Made by a program: the position numbers and the translations under genes. The notes beneath the pieces were generated by a model. It saw only the letters and a program-made list of their open reading frames with translations, was not told the origin of the DNA and ran no database searches. This document shows, piece after piece, positions 1 through 11,013 of a stretch of 64,000 bases of DNA; position 1 is the first letter of the stretch, and each line of letters opens with the position of its first letter. The DNA comes from Paraspadella gotoi (Eukaryota > Animalia > Chaetognatha): the NCBI GenBank assembly GCA_051294375.1, contig CM119265.1:14546963-14610962 (forward strand), read 5' to 3'.

Positions 1-455
1 AATTAAAAGTTGTAATGATAATAAATGTAAATAGTAACGGTAAGAAAATATTTTCCCCACATTTCAACAGCCTTCCTCCATCCTCATTCCTCAAGATTTC
101 GTTGTAATCGTCGTCGTTCCTTCCAATCCCCTCNNNNNNNNNNNNNNNNNNNNNNNNNNNNNNNNNNNNNNNNNNNNNNNNNNNNNNNNNNNNNNNNNNN
201 NNNNNNNNNNNNNNNNNNNNNNNNNNNNNNNNNNNNNNNNNNNNNNNNNNNNNNNNNNNNNNNNNNNNNNNNNNNNNNNNNNNNNNNNNNNNNNNNNNNN
301 NNNNNNNNNNNNNNNNNNNNNNNNNNNNNNNNNNNNNNNNNNNNNNNNNNNNNNNNNNNNNNNNNNNNNNNNNNNNNNNNNNNNNNNNNNNNNNNNNNNN
401 NNNNNNNNNNNNNNNNNNNNNNGCGGCGGCGGCGGCGGCGGCGGCGGCGACTCAC

Positions 456-515
456 CGCTGAAATCAGGAGCCGTGAAATTTTCCTCGCCGATGACGAGGT
501 CGTCATTTTAATCAT
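456..515 (-). CDS. Possible first coding exon of a gene running off the left edge
   Basis: MIKMTTSSSARKISRLLISA then donor GCG|GTGAGT (phase 0); GC/CpG-rich sequence lies upstream at 760-950. Confidence 0.25.
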
Positions 516-948
516 CGGAAACTCGTTGGATCACGAGTCGATGCTTCCGTTGGGTCGGTTCCGTTTGGTTTTTTTTTCTTCTCNNNNNNNNNNNNNNNNN
601 NNNNNNNNNNNNNNNNNNNNNNNNNNNNNNNNNNNNNNNNNNNNNNNNNNNNNNNNNCTCCTCCTCCTCCTCCTCCTCCTCCTCCTAACTTTCCCCATTT
701 CGGTTCATCGAAATCCTCAACTTTTTTTTTTTCGGCGCAGAAATTCGATTTTTCCCTCGACGCCCGCTCGCCGCCCTTTCGATCCTCGGCCTGCGGCGGC
801 GGCGGGGGAAGAAGCGGCGGCGGCGGAGGGGGCCGCGCGCTGTCGCCGAAGCTGCGTCTGTCGCGGCTGATGCTGCGGGGATTGAATTTCGCACTTCGTC
901 GATCGAAAAATCGGCTGCGATCAACAACGGACTCCCGCGGCGAACGTT

Positions 949-988
<40 letters not shown>

Positions 989-3417
989 GTTTGTGTTTTG
1001 GTTGTCTTTGTTCGAGTTGTTGTCTTTCTTGTTTTGAATGTTGTTGTAGTTGTTGTCTTCGTCGAAGGATTGTAAGAAGGAAATATTTTTTTAAATATTC
1101 CCAAGTTTATTTTTATTTGTACAGAGACGGCGACAAACTGTCGAAAAGAGATAAATAGTATTAGAATATTCACGCTAATGAAGCATGGATGTCAAAAATA
1201 AGGTTGCTTTTGTAAAATTGTCAATCAACGAATCCCTAACTTTTTACTCATCAGAAATGAAATTTGTTTTTAACTAGATTTTATCTCACAAATTTATGAC
1301 ATCATTAAAGGTTGCCATCGCCGCTGCCGACGCTGGCGCCGCCGCCGCCGCCACCACCACCACCACCACCACCACAACCACCACCACTACCACCGCCGCC
1401 ACCTTCAACGACTCGAAGATAACAAGAAACCCATTTGGAAGACGATAAGATCTCGAAAACCCCCTTCGGCTTTAAGCTCCACCAACCACCTCATGCTCCA
1501 ACCACCACCACTCCACCTCCGACTTCATTAGCCACCCCCATCCAATCCGCTCTTTGCCCCCTTATCGCCGATGCCATCATCCCATCGCCGATGCCATCTC
1601 AGATACCATCTCCGATTGCCATCTCCATCGCCATCTGCGATGTTTTTATCCTCGCGTTAAAAAGTTATTCTATAGATAAACATCTTACGAATTTCTTTCT
1701 TTTTTTTTTGTGGCTCTAAAGTTAACGCGTTTTATTTCGTCGTCGTCGTCGTCATCGTCGTCGTCGTCGACAATCTTCCTCTTTTCCTAAAAGATGAACC
1801 CTTTTGTCTTCGAGATCACGACATCCAATACTCATCCTCTTCATTCGTCTAACTCACCTCNNNNNNNNNNNNNNNNNNNNNNNNNNNNNNNNNNNNNNNN
1901 NNNNNNNNNNNNNNNNNNNNNNNNNNNNNNNNNNNNNNNNNNNNNNNNNNNNNNNNNNNNNNNNNNNNNNNNNNNNNNNNNNNNNNNNNNNNNNNNNNNN
2001 NNNNNNNNNNNNNNNNNNNNNNNNNNNNNNNNNNNNNNNNNNNNNNNNNNNNNNNNNNNNNNNNNNNNNNNNNNNNNNNNNNNNNNNNNNNNNNNNNNNN
2101 NNNNNNNNNNNNNNNNNNNNNNNNNNNNNNNNNNNNNNNNNNNNNNNNNNNNNNNNNNNNNNNNNNNNNNNNNNNNNNNNNNNNNNNNNNNNNNNNNNNN
2201 NNNNNNNNNNNNNNNNNNNNNNNNNNNNNNNNNNNNNNNNNNNNNNNNNNNNNNNNNNNNNNNNNNNNNNNNNNNNNNNNNNNNNNNNNNNNNNNNNNNN
2301 NNNNNNNNNNNNNNNNNNNNNNNNNNNNNNNNNNNNNNNNNNNNNNNNNNNNNNNNNNNNNNNNNNNNNNNNNNNNNNNNNNNNNNNNNNNNNNNNNNNN
2401 NNNNNNNNNNNNNNNNNNNNNNNNNNNNNNNNNNNNNNNNNNNNNNNNNNNNNNNNNNNNNNNNNNNNNNNNNNNNNNNNNNNNNNNNNNNNNNNNNNNN
2501 NNNNNNNNNNNNNNNNNNNNNNNNNNNNNNNNNNNNNNNNNNNNNNNNNNNNNNNNNNNNNNNNNNNNNNNNNNNNNNNNNNNNNNNNNNNNNNNNNNNN
2601 NNNNNNNNNNNNNNNNNNNNNGAGAGAGAGAGAGAGAGAGAGCGAAGAAGGGTAGAGGCACCTTAGGTATTTCTTTATAGGATGAGACGAGATAAGATAA
2701 GAGAAGGAAAAAGAGTCAGGATGAGAAGAGTCGCTCGACGTCAGACGAGGAAAGAAACTCATCGTAAAAAAAATTCCAGGAAATTGGGTTCTTTTCTTCC
2801 GGGGGAACAAGAAATTCGTGACCCATTAAAGTTTGGAGGAGGAAGAGGAGGATGAGGAGGAGGAAGAGGAGGATTGAATAGATTGAGATGGGGAGAGAAA
2901 AAGAATTTGGAGAGAAAAGACGTTGGAAGAGAATTTCACCGAATTTTTTCAATTCGAAAAAGAAAAACTTTTTCAGACTCTTAAAAGACGAATACGACCG
3001 TGATATATTCTAGCATTAAAAATTAAGGAATTTTGTAGTACTATTAATGTTATATACTTACGTTAATAAATCATTTGCCTTCGTAGCAGTTATATTCTCA
3101 TTGTGACAGTCCATTGTCTTTACATTTTTTTATATTCGTGGAAAGATTTTCGCTTTGATTTTTACCTCAAAATCTCCCAATCTCTTTCTCGCTATCTCCC
3201 GCGCCATCGTCCCCCCAAAAAACCCTTTACTCTCGTTTCGGCCAAACGTCGATTTCCGATTCTGTATTTGCCTCATTTGGTTCATTTGGCGCTACGCCAC
3301 TCGGGCGTCCGTTGGAGCTCACGCCATCGTCAATGTACTAAATGTTGACCTCGATATTAAATCAGTGATGATGAAAAAAAATTAAAACGAATTTGAATAA
3401 TAAAAAAACAACTTAAA

Positions 3418-3993
3418 TTTGGCAATTGAATAAATATCTGCATTTGGCCATAATTGCAGAATTGCAACAACGTCATTTAATGTAGCAACAGTAAATGCTG
3501 AGACGGCAGCAAGAGGAGCGCAGCAGGAATTTTAACGAATGAAGTCGCCCTTTTGTTTCAACTTTCTTTCGCTGGGTTTTGCACTTTGTCTTCACTTTGT
3601 CTTCTCTTTGTCTTAACATTGTCTTCTCTTTGTCTTCTCTTTGTCTTCTATCTGTCTTCTCTTTGTCTTCACTTTGTCTTCTCTTTGTCTTCTCTTTGTA
3701 TTCACTTTGTCTTCTATTTGTCTTCTCTTTGTCTTCTCTTTGTCTTCTATTTGTCTTCTCTTTATCTTCACTTTGTCTTCTCTTTGTCTTCACTTTGTCT
3801 TCACATTATCTTCACATTGTCTTTCACTCTCTCCCTCACCAAATCCTTTCACTCTCACCCAATCCTCCCCCCCTCTCCCTCTGGCCCTTCTCTTGTCCTT
3901 TAGGGTTTCTTGGCTCATTGCGTGCTTCTTCGCTCCTTAGCTTTTTGAGCTGGCTGAAATAACGTCTGTTTTACAAGAGAGTTCCCTCTGGGG

Positions 3994-4024
<31 letters not shown>

Positions 4025-4814
4025 GTCTCGTCTCTCTTCTCTCTCATCATCTCTCTACTCTCTCTCTCTCTCTCTCTCACTCACTGCTATCTCTTACCCT
4101 GTGCTTTTTACAAGAGAGTTGCTTTGTGTTTCTGCTTTGAAGACCCATTGCTTCCAGCTATGTAAGGCTCCGCCGGGATCCTGCCGAAGCCTAATCTCCA
4201 ATTTTACGATTCTTCTTTTTCATTTCGCGTATTTAATGCACACTGGTTCTTGTCAAGGGCAAGGCAAATGGAGTCGCGTCCTCGTCTCATCCTCTCTCTC
4301 GTATCGAGTCATCTCTCAGTCATCTAATCATCTGCTCTCCTCTCTCTCGTCTCATCTCCTTCTCTCTCTCTCTGTCTCTCTCTTATCCTCTCGTCTCTCT
4401 CTTCTCTCAGTGCGNNNNNNNNNNNNNNNNNNNNNNNNNCCAGTTCCTCGCAGCAGCAGCCATTTCCAAGAGCGGAAAAAATTTGGACTTAAGCGCAGAT
4501 AAGGGAATTTGCTGCAAGACTTGCCNNNNNNNNNNNNNNNNNNNNNNNNNNNNNNNNNNNNNNNNNNNNNNNNNNNNNNNNNNNNNNNNNNNNNNNNNNN
4601 NNNNNNNNNNNNNNNNNNNNNNNNNNNNNNNNNNNNNNNNNNNNNNNNNNNNNNNNNNNNNNNNNNNNNNNNNNNNNNNNNNNNNNNNNNNNNNNNNNNN
4701 NNNNNNNNNNNNNNNNNNNNNNNNNNNNNNNNNNNNNNNNNNNNNNNNNNNNNNNNNNNNNNNNNNNNNNNNNNNNNNNNNNNNNNNNNNNNNNNNNNNN
4801 NNNNNNNNNNNNNA

Positions 4815-4852
<38 letters not shown>

Positions 4853-5496
4853 TCTAACAGGCTTTAGATTGTTGTTCCGCAAAAATCAAGGCGTTGTTGC
4901 GGAGTTCGACAAGTATACCGATGAGCAGCAAAGTGGGTGCAGTGAAATACGCTGCCTCTGCGGCCGCATCCGCGAAGTCTTCCGCGGCGGCACCAGCGGC
5001 ACCAGCCGGCACCTGCTCAGCATCTGACAGAGCGAAACCGGAAAGAGTTAATGAAGCGACGATCGTTTCGCGATGAATCATGACGAGCGATGACAACGAC
5101 AACGAAACAAAATGGCGGAAAAATTTGATTTTAAAACCGAAAAAAGAAAAAAAAACTTGGGAGAAATTCCACATTTTTTTCACTTTTTTCTTAAAAGGAA
5201 AAAAAAAGTTTTTCCTCTGATTTATCCTCGGTTTTTTCTTTTTCCTCCTTTTTCTTTTCTTTTTGCCTCCTTTCCTTTGAGAGGGAGATAAAATAAATTG
5301 TCTCCACATGGACTCCCAATGACATCCACATCGTCGATCCGCCTTCTCTCTCTCTCTGTCTCTGTCTCTCTCTTTATCTATGTCTCTGTCTCTCCTTTCG
5401 TGAGACCACTTTCTCTTCTGTCCACATCTTTCTTCTCGCAGCCTCTTTCGCCTCGTTTTCCTCCTCTCTCCGTCTCTCTCTCACTCTTCATCTCTC

Positions 5497-5539
<43 letters not shown>

Positions 5540-5843
5540 TCTCTCTCTCTCTCTCATCTCTCTCTCTCATCTCTCTCTCTCTTCTCCGCTCGGACAGTCA
5601 ATGACAGTCGCTTCGCTGGTCCACAAATTAGAATTTCTTGTCCTCGCGATTTTTTCTTCGACTTCGTCCATCAAGAGAAAACGACGACGACGACGACGAC
5701 GACGATCCCGAAACAAACGACGACGACGACAAAGAACATATATTTTCCAACTTTCGTCTCATCGTTCTCGATTTTGCCGGCGTTTGTAAATTAGCGACTC
5801 ATTTCCTTATTTCTTTCTTTATTTCTTAATTATTTCCAGCTTT

Positions 5844-5939
<96 letters not shown>

Positions 5940-6701
5940 TCGTTCTTTCTATCATTCCTTCTTTTTTACTTTGTCTGACCTTAGTAAATTTGCAGATCTG
6001 CCATCTTGCGAGGGGTTGCTTTATTGGATGCAAGCCATCAGCCTCTCGGATCGCGGTTCTAGGGTCGGACGGGGTCTTTCAATGGGGGACCTTGGCGGTG
6101 GAGAGGGGAGAGGGGGGATGGCGCGCCGAAGAGGAGACGAAGGGGAGAGAGAGAAAAATTTTGAGTCAGAGAAGAAGAATGAAAAGCAAAAGTTAAATTT
6201 ACGATCAACTTTAGGAGTCTAAGGATGTCTTAGTCTCGGCATCGTGATGATTCGGTCGCGTTGTCATGGGTTGGCGTCTATCGTTATGCACGACGTGGGT
6301 GGCGCTACCTAAGGGCTCTCGGCTGCCCGTAAGTGGCGCCATCTTTCTTACAGATGGCTTTTCTTACGGAACGAATCGACGCCCAAAATCGGCGAAGACA
6401 AACGAAAAAGTCGAACCCAGTTTGCATTCTACAATAATTTCTGGTAAGGACGCCGATTCTGGGTGAGTCAGACGACTCACTCGCGAAGCTAAAAACGCGA
6501 TCAACTCTGCGATGAGGCGCCGCGAGAGAACATGAAGACAAGCACCATGATTTAAAGGGTTTCCATATCTTAACATACGAAAAGAGAAAAATGGATAACT
6601 CGGCCACGATTTAACGTCTTTGCCATTAACATAATCGAGTGAGCCATCTTGAGGAAGAAGGGGAAGAGAGAGAGAGAGAGAGAGAGAGACGAAGAAGAGA
6701 A

Positions 6702-6739
<38 letters not shown>

Positions 6740-7155
6740 CCCCATTTTCTTTTTTTTTCCAAGGGGTGAGAAGAAAACAAATTTTTCGGGTTTCACTAAA
6801 GCGTAGAGTTGGACGAGAGTGTTTTAGGGTTAATCAAGGTCTGGGTATTGGAAGGAGAGAGAGAGGAGAAAGAGAGAGAGAGATGAGGAGAGAGAGAGAA
6901 GAGAGGAAAGAGGAGAGAGGAGAGAGGAGAGAGAAGAGATGAGGGTTACGCAGGTCAGAGAGGAGGAGGAATTCATCAGACGAGCGTTGGCTTCACGAGA
7001 AGATATTTGGAAAAGCGAAATTCTGTGGAGACGAGAAAGAAATTTAAAAATAAAAGAGAGTTAGTGAACATTCCTCACGCTTTCAAATTCCAAAATGCAG
7101 AGGGCAAGCGCAACTCTGCACTCTAAAACCCAACTTCTGATCTTGTTCTTCCCCC
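3418..7155 (-). CDS. Possible fragmented multi-exon gene of unknown product
   Basis: Islands of complex sequence between microsatellites have protein-like minus-strand translations, several with splice signals: 7079-7155 GKNKIRSWVLECRVALALCILEFES|gtgagg; 6481-6647 DGSLDYVNGKDVKSWPSY...IAFLASR|gtgagt; 4859-5023; 4440-4525 QVLQQIPLSALKSKFFPLLEMAAAARNW; about 3418-3525 APLAAVSAFTVATLNDVVAILQLWPNADIYSIAKF. I could not chain all phases and recognised no domain. Confidence 0.3.
3584..3822. repeat. 11-bp minisatellite, consensus CTTTGTCTTC(T/A), about 21 copies
   Basis: Visible tandem units ctttgtcttct/ctttgtcttca; source of the repetitive ORFs at 3473-3962. Confidence 0.9.
4859..5023 (-). CDS. Best-supported exon of the putative minus-strand gene
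   Basis: Acceptor ctttccggtttcgctctgtcag|AT; 165 nt, phase 1-1; DAEQVPAGAAGAAAEDFADAAAEAAYFTAPTLLLIGILVELRNNALIFAEQQSKA; donor |GTTAGA. Confidence 0.4.
5843..5948. repeat. (TTTC)n microsatellite
   Basis: Direct reading; a similar (AAAG)n tract lies at 44585-44765. Confidence 0.95.
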
Positions 7156-7249
7156 CTTTAGGAAAACAAAAAAAATACTCTCTCTCTCTCTCTTTCTCTA
7201 TTAAGAAAAAAATACCCCGGAACTGATTCTTTTTGGTTGCGACATAAAA

Positions 7250-8300
7250 AGGCGATGATCGCCAAACACATCACGCGCCTGGTTTCCGGTCGCGCGCCAT
7301 TAGTTCGCCCCCGATTGGCGGGTCTCGTCCTCTGGGACGCCACGCCCCCGTCAGCCTCGAGTTCGGTGACTCCGGGAACCGGTGACGCCGGTTATCGGCA
7401 TCGTCACCGGCGTCGTCATAGTCGACCCTCCGGCGCCCTCGATTAGCGGTTCGGACCGGAGTGCTTGGTTCGGACGGAGAGCTTGGTCCGGACCGGTTTC
7501 CGGTTTCCGCTTTCCAAAACCTTTTAAATTCTTTTCGGTTTTCCTCTTCCAGACTTTTCCTCTCCAACTTACCACGCTTTCCTTCTCCCTAACTTTTTCT
7601 TCTTTCTTATCCATGACTTTCCAATTATACTCCCGATCATCTTTACTGCTCTTTGGACGCTCTGTTTGTCTTTTTAATTTCCTCTAATTTTTTTCCTTTT
7701 CCCTTTTTTTTCTCTAAATCTTCACATTTGCCTATCGTTTTTTTAAAAATTCTCTTCCAGGTTTCTCGCGTCTCCTTTCCTTTCTTATTCTTTTCCTCTA
7801 TTCCTCGTTTTCGTCTTATTTTTCTTCTTCTTTCTTTTCCTCTTTCTTTGTCCTTCTTCGCTTCTTGTCTTTTCTCCTCCTCATCGTCCACTCCTCTTCT
7901 CCTTTCCTCCCTTTTTTCCTTTCCTCCCTCGTTCGACATCGCGACCTGGCCTCTCTGCCTCTCTTCTTCCGTCGCATTAGATTTTGGGTCACGTGACTCC
8001 TCTTCCGATTGTTGATTGGAACACGATCAAGAGTTCCGAAAGGCCTTCGAAAAAAAACGGGCTCGATCTGGCTCCTTAGGGGCTCAATGAGGGCTCCGCA
8101 AAAGGGGGCATTCGGCGAGGGCTGCGTAGAAGGTCGTGCGGAATCGAGAGACCGGGTCAGCTCCCTTCATCGCTTCGCCAAATGTCGCCTCCTGGCGACG
8201 TTTTACTTTCCCTCTTCTTTACTTCCCCGCATCATCTCGCCTCACGCCTCACGCGCCGATGCCTTGCCTTGCCATGCCACGGTTCCTGGCCTTGGAAAAA
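7250..8300. promoter_or_regulatory. CpG-rich intergenic region, candidate (bidirectional) promoter
   Basis: GC/CpG-rich blocks at about 7250-7510 and 7940-8290; ATTGG (CCAAT) near 7314 and 8015; palindromic E-box GTCACGTGAC at 7988-7997. It lies between the divergently oriented minus-strand candidate and the EF-hand gene. Confidence 0.35.
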
Positions 8301-8737
8301 AGCAAGAGACTATTTCCGTGCTTCAACCGTTTTAATAACTATTATTCGAGCAGCCTTTACGTTTTTAATATTTCGAGTTTCATTTTATATTTACCTTCTT
8401 GGAAATTTCTAGCATCCCCGTTCTTCCAAATCGTTTTCTCCCAACTCTCAATCTGAAACCGATTTTTCGATATTTTTGAAGAAGCAGCGAGAATAAAAAA
8501 AAGTAGAGGGATTTTGGGAAAGCGAGAAATTGGAAGAGAGGAAGAGAGAGAGAGAGAGAAAGAAAAACAGACATACAGACTTTGAGAAAAAATAGTCAGA
8601 TACGAGGAGAACGAAGGAATTTAGCTAACTCCACATCAAAACATACAGTTTAGATTTTATGTTTAGGGTTAAAAAAGCTTTCTACTTTGAATTTTCCTCA
8701 TTTTTTTTTTCCACTTTTCGTTTTTTCCTTCTCGGCG

Positions 8738-8923
8738 ATGGAGAAGGTCGATACCGAGGTCGACGTCAAGGCGGGAGATGCTCCGGTTAAGAAGGGAGAT
8801 GCCGCTGTCATCGAAGGAGATGCCGCAGTCTCGTCGGGCGACGCCGAAGTGAGGTCGGCGGTTTCGGACGTTGACTCGTTGAACACTAACCTCGCGAAGA
8901 GCCAATCTGAGACGTCTGAGGAG
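8738..8923 (+). CDS. EF-hand gene exon 1 (acidic N-terminal extension)
   Basis: ATG in gcgATGg context; 62 codons MEKVDTEVDVKAGDAPV...SETSEE; donor GAG|GTAAGG, phase 0. Confidence 0.7.
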
Positions 8924-10884
8924 GTAAGGGTCGGGATATCAGCTAAGAATAAAATATATCTAAATCTAAATCTAAATCTTGATTGATTGACGCACGATTG
9001 TTAAGATATTTAGAGAATTGTTGAACGCGTTGAAAAAAAAAAGAAGTAATTACATCCTAGTAAAAAAAAAGTAGTAACCTTTCAAAGTAAAAAGTGACGC
9101 CTGCTACATGGTGGGGCGATCCCAATTTGACTTCCAGAGTCTTCCGGAACTTCCAGATGGAATCTTGATGATGAGAAATCCCGTGGAGGCGCTGACGCCC
9201 GAGGAGCTCGACATGCTGGAGGGACTCTTCAAGCAGATGAACACTAACGAAGACGGGATGCTCAAACCCAGCGTGCGTAGAAAGAAGAGGATTTTCAAAC
9301 CAGGGGTGTTTTCTTTTAAGCATAAATGGATTCAATGCTTATGAGCGATTGAAAAAAGTGTGTCAAAAATACATGTTAGTGTCCAATATTAGACTTAAAG
9401 CGTCCAAACGAATTTCGCGTTAAAAAGTTTAAATTTTCCCGCGCAATAACTTTTTCACCTCAGGAGTTTGGCGCGGCGATGGCGCAAAGTTGGCGCCAAC
9501 GTGGACCGAGGCCATCTTGCGGCGCCACCTCAATCGGGGAGGCGAAGAGGCGGACTGTCCCAGGAGGCAGTTACATCCACTATGATGGCAATTCAGATGA
9601 AGAGGAAGGTGAGTCATGTTGAGAACGAGTCACATTTTTTTATTTTTTTTTTCTCCGAACAGTGAATGCGGTCCGTTTGACTCTTAATAGCCAAATTTTC
9701 GATCAGTTCCCCATTTCAGCCTAAATTCAGAATTAAATCAGTTTTGATGGTTTAAGAATTAAGTCTGGGGTTAGAGTTTGCCATTAGGTTAGGGATTTGG
9801 CTCAAAGATTTGGTTAGGAAATTAGGGTAAAAGATTAGGTTTATGGTTAAAGATTAGGGATTAAGTAACTTGAATAAACAACAGAAAAGAATATTGTCCC
9901 GGCTTAGTTGTACAATCGTAGATCTCATTTTCGTCCTCCTCTTCCTCCTCCTCCACTCCTTTCGCTCCTCCAGCTGTCGGAAGACGACGTCTACCTCGCC
10001 TTCACCACCTTCGACCTCAACAAGGACGGGTTCATCGACGCCGAGGTCACGCCATGACCCACATCGGCTTCATCATGGAGCCGGAGGAAGTCGAGGGTGA
10101 GGCGGTTGCGGGGGGAATTGGGGCGGGGGGTAGCCGCTTAGAGGGAGGGGATAATTGTTATTATGATAATTTGTGGAAACGTAAATCGACGTCGTTGTTG
10201 TAAAACCTAAGAAAATTATTTTAAGTTTTTTAATCTCAAACGAAAGAAAGAATCGGAACAACGATAATAGTCGAATATGGATTATCAAGTGTTGGCTGTG
10301 GTCAAAGTCAAAACGTTATTGGATTGGGTCCAAAGAGCGGTCACATGTGGGAAATGTCCAAAATTCCTATGCAGTCTTACTTCCAAATTGGTTTTTGAAA
10401 GAGCGTCGTTATTCGCATTTCTCGATAATTTTTTATACTTCAGCCTTCGGGCTTTTTGTCTCTAATAATAAGATAATCGTTTGCATACATAAAATTTAAA
10501 CATTGTGTGATTGCCTTCTTTCGTTGCGTTTTAGAATTAGTTTGAGAGAAGAAAATTAGTATTTTGTTTACAAACAACGATTTTAATATAGAAACAAATA
10601 ACGGACATGTTTCGACTTGCTTGTAAGTCTAATTGATGAATGATGAATACTTACAAGCAAGTCGAAACATGTCCGTTATTTGTTTCTATTAAAATCGTTG
10701 TTTGTAAACAAAATACAAATTTTCTTCTCTCCAACTAATAAAATTTAAACTAATTCTCTTTTTCCTTGGGCTTTTCTCAGAAATGATTCGCGACGCCGAC
10801 AAAGACGGCGACGGAAAAATATCTTTCGAAGAATTCAGAGACAAGATGTTAGTCTTTGGGACTCAGCAGCAGACCGAATCTTGA
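8738..10884 (+). CDS. Calmodulin-like EF-hand Ca2+-binding protein gene, 5 exons (8738-8923, 9138-9272, 9464-9608, 9974-10096, 10781-10884); frameshifts in exons 3 and 4 as assembled
   Basis: Spliced by hand, all introns GT..AG. The peptide has ALTPEELDMLEGLFKQMNTNEDGMLKPS|EF (EF1), LSEDDVYLAFTTFDLNKDGFIDAE (EF3) and EPEEVE|EMIRDADKDGDGKISFEEFRDKM (EF4). These resemble calmodulin's LTEEQIAEFKEAF, AFRVFDKDGNGYISAAEL and [23 protein letters not shown]. Divergent, not canonical CaM. Confidence 0.85.
9138..9272 (+). CDS. EF-hand gene exon 2 (EF1 entry helix and loop)
   Basis: Acceptor ttccag|AGT, phase 0; SLPELPDGILMMRNPVEALTPEELDMLEGLFKQMNTNEDGMLKPS; donor AGC|GTGCGT. Confidence 0.75.
9464..9608 (+). 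CDS. EF-hand gene exon 3 (end of EF1, degenerate EF2); frameshifted
   Basis: Acceptor tttttcacctcag|GAGTTT gives EFGAAM; donor AAG|GTGAGT after MMAIQMKRK. It is 145 nt with phase 0 at both ends, so indels are present. Switching frames gives CaM-like M-RKVGANV-TEAILRRHL...GGLSQE...MMAIQMKRK. Confidence 0.7.
9974..10096 (+). CDS. EF-hand gene exon 4 (EF3); frameshift near 10045
   Basis: Acceptor ctcctccag|CTG; LSEDDVYLAFTTFDLNKDGFIDAE, then a frame change to HAMTHIGFIMEPEEVE; donor GAGG|GTGAGG, phase 1. Confidence 0.8.
10536..10739. mobile_element. About 200 bp near-perfect palindrome (MITE/foldback-like) in intron 4 of the EF-hand gene
   Basis: Arm 10536-10628 is the reverse complement of 10649-10739 with few differences (ggacatgtttcgacttgcttgtaagt / acttacaagcaagtcgaaacatgtcc); 20-nt spacer. 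Confidence 0.7.
10781..10884 (+). CDS. EF-hand gene exon 5 (EF4 and stop)
   Basis: Acceptor ttttctcag|AA matches the phase-1 donor; (E)MIRDADKDGDGKISFEEFRDKMLVFGTQQQTES*, with a canonical DxDxDGxIxxxE loop. Confidence 0.9.
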
Positions 10885-11007
10885 GCGGCAGCTGCGAGGG
10901 CTGCGGCGGGGGCGGAGAGGGCGGAGGGGGCGGCGGGGGCGGAGGGGAAGGGACTGGGCTGGCGACAAATTATAATACTTTCAAACATAAATTGGATGCT
11001 ATTCGAT

Positions 11008-11013
11008 AATAAA
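11008..11013 (+). terminator. Candidate polyadenylation signal AATAAA of the EF-hand gene
   Basis: First AATAAA downstream of the stop codon (about 125 nt away). Confidence 0.35.

Noticed and set aside
1794-2810. Long ORFs spanning N runs (also 43587-45132, 52852-53758, 59132-59989)
   Set aside because: They are open mainly because Ns contain no stop codons.
3473-3962. Repetitive ORFs (KEKTKRRQSED / LSSLCLLFVF)
   Set aside because: Translations of the 11-bp minisatellite, open in several frames on both strands.
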